From the human T2T-CHM13v2.0 reference genome, Homo sapiens: a stretch of DNA of 64,000 nt. The stretch lies in assembly GCF_009914755.1 (NCBI RefSeq), contig NC_060935.1. One strand, 5' to 3'. The notes beneath the pieces were generated by a model, which had not been told where the DNA came from, ran no database searches, and saw nothing but the letters and a program-made list of their open reading frames with translations. The position numbers were made by a program, and so were the translations under genes. This document shows, one piece after another, positions 55,261-64,000 of the stretch. Position 1 is the first letter of the stretch. Each line of letters begins with the position of its first letter.

Positions 55261-55616
55261 TGATAGGGTATGACTCTGTGTCCCCACCCAAATCTCATCT
55301 TGAATTGTACTCCCAGAATTCCCACGTGTTGTGGGAGGGACCCAGTAAGAGATAATTTGAATCATGGGGACAGTTTCTTCCATACTGTTCTCACGGTATT
55401 GAATAAGTCTTAAGAGACCTGATAGTTTTATCAGGGGTTTCCACTTTTACATCTTCCTCATTTTTCTCTTGCCACCACCATGTAAGAAGTGCCTTTCGCC
55501 TCCCACCATGATTCTGAGGCCTCCCCAGCTATGTGGGGCTATAAATCCAATTAAACCTCTTTTTCTTCCCAGTCTCGGGTATGTCTTTATCAGCAGTGTG
55601 AAAACAGACTAATACA
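55261..55616 (+). mobile_element. THE1A 3' LTR
   Basis: tgata..ctgtgtccccacccaaatctcatcttgaattgta ... caattaaacctc ... ccagtctcgggtatgtctttatcagcag..actaataca; TG...CA ends, 356 bp. Confidence 0.92.
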
Positions 55617-55619
55617 GAC

Positions 55620-56660
55620 ACCAAAGTAGAATGAATAATATCATGGAACCCCATGGACCCATCACTCAGATTCAACATTTATCAACCTTTTGCTACTCTG
55701 GCCTCATCTGTCCTTTTTTTCTTGTTCTTTTTCCTTCTCTCCCTCCTACTGCCAACCATTTTAAAATAAATTCTGGGCATTTCTATGTCATTTCACTTCT
55801 ACACACTTTCCTATATATCTCTAAAATATATAGTTTAAAATAAACATAATACTATTATTGCATCTTACAAAATTAGCAATAATTTTTTAGTATTATTAAA
55901 AACTCAGTTCATGGTAAAATTTTCCTAGTTGTCTCAAAAATGTCCTTTTACAGTTGGTTTGTTAAGTCTAACAAGGTCAACATACTACAGTTGGTTGTTA
56001 TGTCTATTTAAATCTTTTCATCTTAAACTGTCCTCTATCCATTTTTTCTCTAAATGTTTGTGGTCCTCCTCCAAATTCATATATTGAAATCACAGCCTTC
56101 AATGTGATGGTATTAGGAGGTGGGGCCTTTTAGGAGGTGATTATGCCACGAGGACAGAGCCCACGTGAATGAGATTAGTGCCCTTATAAAATCAGTGCCC
56201 TTCTAAAAGAGGCTTGAAAGAACTCCTTTGCCTCTTCCACCATGCGAGGACATAGTAAAAAGACAGCTGTTTACAAACCAGGAAGCAGGCCCTCACCAGA
56301 CACCAAATCTGTGAGGGCCTTGATCTTGGACTTCCCAGCCTCCAGAACAGTGAGAAATAAATTTCAGTTGTTTCTAAGCCACCCAATTTATGGCCTTTTT
56401 GTTATAGCAGCCTGAGTGAACTAATCAAATTGACTTGTGGATGAAACCATGACAGTTACCCTATAGAAGGGCCTATATTACATATTTGCCTATTTGCTTT
56501 CTCATGGTGTCCTTTAAATTTTTCCTCTATCCCTGTATTTCCTGTGAACTATTAATAGAAGATAACTCTAAATACTCGATTAGATTCAGAGTCAACATCA
56601 TTCACAAGAAAAGCATATTGATGGTGCTGAGAACTTCCTATTTTGTCGCATCATGTTAGA
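55620..56660 (-). mobile_element. Ancient L1ME 3' region, interrupted by MLT1A
   Basis: gaaccccatggacccatcactcagattcaac, cattttaaaataaat, ttgtctcaaaaatgtc, ttggttgttatgtct. Confidence 0.55.
56050..56425 (+). mobile_element. MLT1A0-like MaLR LTR
   Basis: ccaaattcatatattgaaatc..atggtattaggaggtggggcc..attagtgcccttataaaa..ccctcaccagacaccaaatctg..cttgatcttggacttcccagcctccagaac. Confidence 0.88.
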
Positions 56661-58734
56661 CTTTTTAAAGCAAAGACATGGAGTAAAAGAAGAAGAAAAC
56701 CAGCCTCATTTAGGGAAAAGGAATCTGGAATTTATTACTCCATTGTTATATTCCCAGATATTCTGCCAGACACCCATTTGGGTGAATAAGTTCCCTTTTA
56801 CAAAAAGCAAATACTTCTTGGGATGTTATTATGCTAGCAGCCATTCACACCTTAGTGTGAATTAGTCACATGCTCTCCCTGTCTTCCTAGCTACCTAACT
56901 GAAATCAGTTCATATGGGGAGAGGGCCTTTGGCAAGCTGGCAGTCCTCTGTGGAGTGCCATAAGGAAGAAAACCCAAAGATAGCATTAGAGTTCAGGGTA
57001 TTGGGGATTAGGAGTTGGTGGTAATGGGCTCATCACCTGAGCTGGGACAATTATAAGATAGACCAGATCAGGAAGGGATCTGAAAGCAGGATAAAGAACT
57101 GTGGCTATAATGCCAAGGAGCCTGGCAGCATGTAGTGGGAACCTGTCATAGGGACTGGCTTCCAGGAGAAGAATTCGGGTCTCAGAGTTCTCCTAGGGGA
57201 GCAAGTCACAAACCACTTGAAGCCCAGCTGTATACCTGGAAACAAGGGAAAAGAAGACATGAGCCTCCTGGCCAAATCAGATACTGTAGTCCCTCACTTT
57301 TGATCTTGAGATGGTCCTGAAACCCTAATCCTCAAGGCATTCTCTTACCTCTTTTTCTTCTTTATTCCAGCCTTATAAGTTCCTTGGACTTAAGAATTGT
57401 ACCAATAACGCCAGAGTTCATTTATGGGTTGGGCAAATTATGTGGAGTAACCTGGGGCATTAACAATCATTGATAACATTGCTTCCTGGAATAAATGGGC
57501 TTCAAGTTCCAGGTTACAGGTGTCAGCACAAGAAGTGTTGGCTGATCCTGAGTCCCTTCTATGAAAAAGCAGCAAGTGGGGACTTCATAAAGTTACTGCA
57601 GGGCATTGCTTGAGGAATGGGGGGACACAGCAGTAAACAAAATAGACAGAGTCCCTTTTCTAGGGAAGCTCATGTCCAGTCAGTCTTCTCTTCACAAAAC
57701 AAAGATGGCAGCCTACATGTTAAACTAAACCTGCTACCCATGCACTTCTGGAACATGACTGTAAGCTACAGCTAGGTCTGCTTCCTACTTCCATGACCAT
57801 TCTTTTGTCTCCATCACTCTTCTTCTCCCATCCTCTAACTCTGGGGGGTGCCTCCCAAGGTTCTGTAATTACCTCATGTTCTTCAAGATTGTCTGCTGTT
57901 AGAAACTTCGTGCCTTCTGACTCCAACTATAAGCTAGTGCTCTGAAGTAGTAGAATCCAGTCTGAGAAATATCCTAAACAGCCCATCCTCTCATTGATAG
58001 AAAGAGAAAGTGAGATTCAGAGAGGCTAAGTGACTTGGCTGAGAGTACCCACTTAGTAAGTGTCCAAGCTGGGACACAAATCTATGGTGACTGACTCCAT
58101 AATATGCATGTACTCCTAAGTGGGCCACATTCTCTGCTCCACACCCACTTTACAATAGGGAAACTGAGGCTCGGTCTGCCTAAGCACTTTCCCAGATTTA
58201 CTCAGTGTGTTGGTGGTAGAGCTTGGACTTAACCCAATTTCAAACCCCATGTGCTCATGATGATGACCACACCCTTTCTGTTGGTGATCATGGGCTATAG
58301 GTGGCTGCCCAAGTTAAGACTGTTTACCCGTATAATTCTGGGAAACACTTCCTCACCCCTTGTTTATTGTACAGTAGCAAATTTTGCAACAGGAGAGAGG
58401 TCCCTTCCAGCTGTGAGGCTCCAGGGAATCCTGGGAGTGCCTGGGACTCATCTGCATCCTGTTCTTGCAGGGGGGAAAAAAGATAAGGCAGAGGAAACTG
58501 TGTTCTTCAAATGGTGCCACATAGGCCCCTAGGAGTTCTGAGATACCTTCTTAGGGGGCACACTGGGAAGGCCAGAGAATTATCACTGTCATTATCTGTG
58601 TTGTCCCATCCGTGCTTTGGTCTGTTTCATCCCTGTTTTGTGTCCGCTTCACATAAATTGAGATTTCTTGCAGAAAATAATCTGAAGAACGAGTTCTATG
58701 GCTTTTTAAAAGTTTAAAAACCACTCTGCTAGGG

Positions 58735-58990
58735 AAGGGTGTTTCACAGACCATTGGTTCTTTGAGCTGCACTTCACTGAAAGATTCCATGCTCAGATGT
58801 GTTTGGGAAACTTTGCTCACTCCAGCCCCTTCTTGGAGATAAATAAGGATCCTTAGCATATAAATGCTCTGAGAAGCCCTGTAGCAGAGAACATCTCCTT
58901 GGATTTGTTTAAGTCACTGATCCCCAAGATTATTTCATCATAAATTCTTTTGTCTAGTAAGTACCAATTAACGTCCTGCAGAACAGCGTT
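58735..58990. mobile_element. hAT-Charlie family relic
   Basis: gtttgggaaac..gctctgagaagccctgtag..ttgtttaa..cccaagattattt resembles recalled Charlie-type MITEs. Confidence 0.45.
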
Positions 58991-59288
58991 TTATGGAGCC
59001 CACATTGGGAACTCTTGGTTAAGGGAAACTCTAAGCCCCTTCTGGCCCTGCTGTTGTTGAGGGGTGGCTGAAGAACCTGGCAGTGAGGATCTTGGTAAAG
59101 GGTACCCATGACCATGGTCTCCAAATCTCTGAAAGTCTCTCATTGGAAGAGGTGTTTTATACAATGGACCTTTAAATGAAACCCGCCTCAAACACCTGAG
59201 CTCTCATAACTTACTGGTGAAGGTATGAACTGGGTCCACTTTTCTTTACACAATTTTGACAATAGGTGTCTAAAATCTGAAGATGTGT

Positions 59289-59438
59289 GGCCAGGCATGA
59301 TTACAGCCTCATACCTGTAATCCCAGTAGTTTGGGAGGCCAAGACAGGAGCCTCACTTGAGGCCAAGAGTTCAAGATCACCCTGGGGAACACTATGAGGC
59401 CCTGTCACTATTTAAAATAATAATAAAGTAAAATAAAA
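59289..59438 (+). mobile_element. FLAM_C-like Alu monomer
   Basis: ggccaggcatga..cctgtaatcccag..tttgggaggccaag..cacttgaggccaagagttcaagatca, followed by an A-rich tail. Confidence 0.75.
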
Positions 59439-59652
59439 TGGTGTGCATCCTTTGCCCCCAGCAATTCCATTTCTAAAACTTTATCTGAAGGAATTAATGA
59501 CACCAGTGCACACAAAGAATGAACAAGGATGTTCATCCGGTATATTATCCTGCAAGTTGAGAACCATGTTCATTCCAACCTTAAGGACTGGAAACCAAAA
59601 CTGTGGAACAATCATGCCATGGAAGTGAGTGGCCATTAAACACAATGTGTCA

Positions 59653-60017
59653 GCCTGGCTACAGTGGTTCACGCCTGTAATCCCAGAACTTTAGGAGGCT
59701 GAGGTGGGCAGATCACTTGAGGTCAGGAGTTTGAGACCAGACTGGCCAACACAGTGAAACCCCATCTCTACTAAACATACAAAAATTAGCCAGGTGAAGT
59801 TCTGTCCATTCCAGGATGTGGTGTCACATGCCTGTAATCCCAGCTACTCAGGAGGCTCAGGCAGGAGAATCCCTTGAACCCAGGAGGCAGAGGTTGCAGT
59901 GAGCTGAGATTGTGCCACTGCATTCCTTCCGGGGTGAGAGGGCAGGACTCTGTCTCAAAAAATAAAATAAAATAAAATAAAATAAAATAAAAGATAAAAT
60001 AAAATAAAATAAAAAAA
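59653..60017 (+). mobile_element. AluSx/Sz-like SINE with an internal ~21-bp insertion and (AAAAT)n tail
   Basis: TSD aaacacaatgtgtca (59638-59652) / aaacacagcgtgtca (60015-60029). Confidence 0.9.
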
Positions 60018-60389
60018 CACAGCGTGTCATAGCAAGAGAGGTCCACCATGCAGATGGAGCAGGAAGCAGTCCCAAAACAGGATGTAGGGTTTTGTGAGTG
60101 GAGTACAATTCTATTTTTATTAAAATAATATCTATATTAGTGCTCCTCAAACTAGCGAGGCGGAGGGATGACTTTACAACCTTCAATCTATTGCAAGTTG
60201 ATAGTTTGGTACAGTTTGCAGACCACAGTTTGAATTGCCCTGTTTTATGCCATATAAAAGTTTGAGAGAAAATGCAATACAATGTCAAGAGTGATTTTCT
60301 GTAAATGGTAAGTTAGGGATAATTCTTTTTATTTTTTCTTATCTATATTTCAACTTTTGTACAATGAAGACTCATATCTTTTTAATTTT

Positions 60390-61056
<667 letters not shown>

Positions 61057-62749
61057 GAGACACATTTTTTTAAAGTAAGAAATGTGAGCAAGAGTACCCT
61101 CCCTTGGGAAAGAGAGCTGCACATGTCCGAGGTACGGTTGTGAGCATTTATTTGAGGTTGTACAGGCTGCTCTGTTGTAGGGTGAGAAGCCAGGAGCAGG
61201 TGGCCAAGGTGCCTTCCAATTCCCAGATGAGACCCTTGTAGGACTAGACATTCATCAGTGGCTTTCTGCAGGCAGAGGCAGGCCTAGAGGCTTTGGTGCT
61301 CCTCTACTTCTGGAACACCATCCCTCAGCCCCATCTCTGCCATCCCCACCCCTTCATCCTCATCCCTGGGTGCTGAACTGTCTGGCCATCCTTCCCTTGG
61401 CGGAGCAGGCCTCGCCTCTGGAAACCCAGGGCCACAAAGTGGTATGTCACCTGCAAAGTGCACCCCCACCAAGCCAGTGTCAAACCGCCAGACATCACGT
61501 CAGCACATCCTAATCAGAGTCTGAGCCCAGGAGGAGGTGTCCTGAGCCCAGCCCTCTGCCAAGGCCCCAGGGCAATGTCTGCCGGCTTTTCAGCTCAGTC
61601 TGGGGAGTTTTCCCAGGGACCTCCACCCTGCCAGGCTCCGCCAGCCTGAGGAGGAGGGAGGGAATGGAGGAGCAGCCCAGTTGTGGTTAGTATGTGGGGA
61701 GGGGAGGGAAAAATTCTCCCCACTGCCATTCCTGTGGGGAGGAAGCAGCACTGTCCCCCAGGAAGGGAGTCTGGCTTTGTCGTTGTTTCCTGAGGGGAAG
61801 AAAGAGCAGGGATGAGTTTCCAGATGCCAGCCATGGGGAAGAATGTGCACCCCCTGCTGGATGACAAGGTCTCGGTGTCTTCTGGTACCCAAGCCTGAGA
61901 GAAACCTGGTGGCCAGGGGACCTTGGCAGACAAAGCTGTCTGCTCAGAGCCACCACTCATTGCAGCCCCAAGAGGGAGGGCAGGGTGACTTTACGTAACT
62001 GTGGGTCTCTTCATTGCCTCCCCAAGTTCAGGCAGATCATGGCGGTCAGGGCACAGATCTGAGGATTTAGCTTGTTCTAGAGTTTTGCACCAACCCAATG
62101 AGACAGTGTTAGTTTATATCTATTTTGCCAGGATATAAGTGAGGACACAGAGCAATGGAGTGACTAGATTGCTGAAGGCCACAGGACTGGGAGTGGCAGA
62201 TCCTGGACTCAAACCCAGGCTAGGCTGACTCTAAAACACCATGCTTCTCTGCCAGGACGTTTTCTTCTAAGATGGTTAAGCAGGTAAGGACTGCTTCTAG
62301 GGTGCACCTGCAGCCCTTTCCAGAGAGCCTGGCCCTATCCAGAGCCCCTAATGCCTGGCATGTGAACAGTGCCCCATCCCTGCAGGAAGGCACATGAAGC
62401 CAGTTGTTGTAATGTGCCCACTGCAATAACATAGGACGCTTCCACCCCAGAAAAATTAACATATTAAGAGGGGACTCTGGGAAATCAAAAGTTTTCAAGG
62501 CCCAGAGGTGTGTGCATCTAATGGGATTTCAAACATGGTGGCATCTTTCTCCGTGAGGTTCTTCTTGGGCCTCTTCAAATTGTCCTCTGCCCTGCATCTA
62601 GCCAGCCCTAACATCGCCAGCCTACCTTGGGTTAGGTTTTCACCTGAATTCTGATGTCCATTAGCTCTGTGAAATTGGAAAGTCACCTACCCACTCTGAG
62701 CCTCAAGAATCAAAGGGGGTAGACTAGAAAGTAACTTGGGCCCAACTCT

Positions 62750-62910
62750 ATCAGATACACCTGCAAGCACATGTCACCATTGCAGGTTCCTGGGCCCCAC
62801 TCCAGCCCTAATGGCTGAGCCTCTCTGGAGGCTGGTTGCCTGGAAATCTGCTTTATGAATAGATTCCCCAGGTGATTCTGACAGGCACTAGAGTTGGGGA
62901 ATCACTGACA
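62750..62910. mobile_element. MER5-type hAT MITE
   Basis: gcaggttcctgggccccac..ggaaatctgc..ccccaggtgattctga..gaatcactg. Confidence 0.65.
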
Positions 62911-63649
62911 TAGAGATGTCTAAGCTCAGTTTCAGGCTCTGCATATGATAGTAAGGTTGGTGGACATTGCCTGTCTCTCTGTCTGCCTTCCTTCCCGTCA
63001 CTCCACTCAAGCTCCAAAGGCCAAAGAGAAGCAGTGAAGGAGGGCCTGGCATATGGGGAGCTAGGGCTGCCCCAGCAGCTGCAGTAGACCATCAGCTAGT
63101 GAAGGGCTGGAGCCTCAGTCGGCTGAACTCCATTCTGAGACCTCAGGCTGGATCTTTGACTCTAGGGCTGGTTGGGCCTGGCCCCAAATCCAGAAATCCA
63201 TGTAGGCTAGAGCCTGTGTAGGGCTACTGCTTTGGCTCATATTGGTGTCCTGGTCTGTTCCAGATCCCTGCCCTGGGCCACACCTCGGACTCCAAAGGGC
63301 TTGCTGTAGGCCCGGGTCTCCCTCCCACCCCTGGCCTTCCTAAACCAACCAGGTCTTTCTTCAGAGGTGCTTCAAAGTGACCAGCAGAGACAAGGGCCAG
63401 CTATGGGACTGGGAACCAGGTAATGGTGAGAAGCTAACGGTGGGCTTGCCCACCTGTCCCAAATATGGGGAAAACAAGCCAAATCCTAGAACACTGGCTG
63501 GGTTTCTGGAGTCACCTGGAAATAGGCCAGATCCTAGGTAAGACACCAGCAACAAGAGTCAAGTGAAAAGAGCATCTTAGAAAACAGGATTTATAGTGAA
63601 ATCCAATCTTTGCAAATGTGTGTATGTCAATGAGTATGTGTGTGTGGAT

Positions 63650-64000
63650 CTACATCTATATCCATATGGACCCAGTTGGGCTAAACATTGCAAGTTATAG
63701 GGCACAGTCTGCCACAAAACTGCCCTCACTTCAGACAAGTTTGGGGTTCCCTAGGGCTACCTTTGCTCAGACCAATTAGCTACACCCTCAAGAGATTCCC
63801 ATGGGCTCCCCCAGGTTTGATAATTTACTAGAAAGACTCACAGAACTCAGTAAAGTGCTATCATTACAATGATAGTTTTATTATAGCAAAAGGATACAGA
63901 TGGGAAGAGATACTGATGATGAAGTCTGGGAAGGTTTCAAGTAAAAGCTTCCATTGTTCTCGGGGACACGTCGCCCTCCTGGCACACATGGATGGCAGTA
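63650..64000 (-). mobile_element. MER21-like ERVL LTR (runs off the window)
   Basis: cacaaaactgccctcacttcagac..caggtttgataatttactagaaagactcacagaactcag.aaagtgcta..aaggataca..ggaagagat. Confidence 0.65.

Overview
Primate (human-like) genomic DNA, moderately GC-rich and dominated by interspersed repeats. I find no recognisable host protein-coding exon, RNA gene or CpG-island promoter, so the window looks intergenic or deep-intronic; the locus cannot be named from sequence alone. Main content: a 5'-truncated, inactivated ~5.6 kb L1PA7-like LINE-1 (15201-20801, +); about 18 Alu/FLAM elements; MaLR LTR elements (MLT1 types, a truncated MST LTR, a half THE1A provirus); hAT DNA-transposon relics (MER20, MER63, MER81, MER33, MER5); many MIR/L2 fragments; and several micro/minisatellites. 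Almost every ORF in the track is a repeat-derived or chance ORF; only the broken L1 ORF1/ORF2 pieces and the THE1 internal ORF remnant have protein ancestry. I do not see a new multi-gene system. The most notable signals are structural: (1) an AluS and the L1 share one 15-bp target-site duplication; (2) a 94-bp, 95%-identical copy of unique DNA is pasted at the breakpoint of a truncated MST LTR; (3) an ~80-bp diverged direct repeat straddles a MER63; (4) a THE1A provirus lacking its 5' half is joined to an L1 scrap; (5) a 25-bp minisatellite has a palindromic unit. There are also several candidate enhancer/CTCF motif clusters. Repeat subfamily calls come from recalled consensus features, not from a RepeatMasker run, and boundaries of old repeats are approximate.
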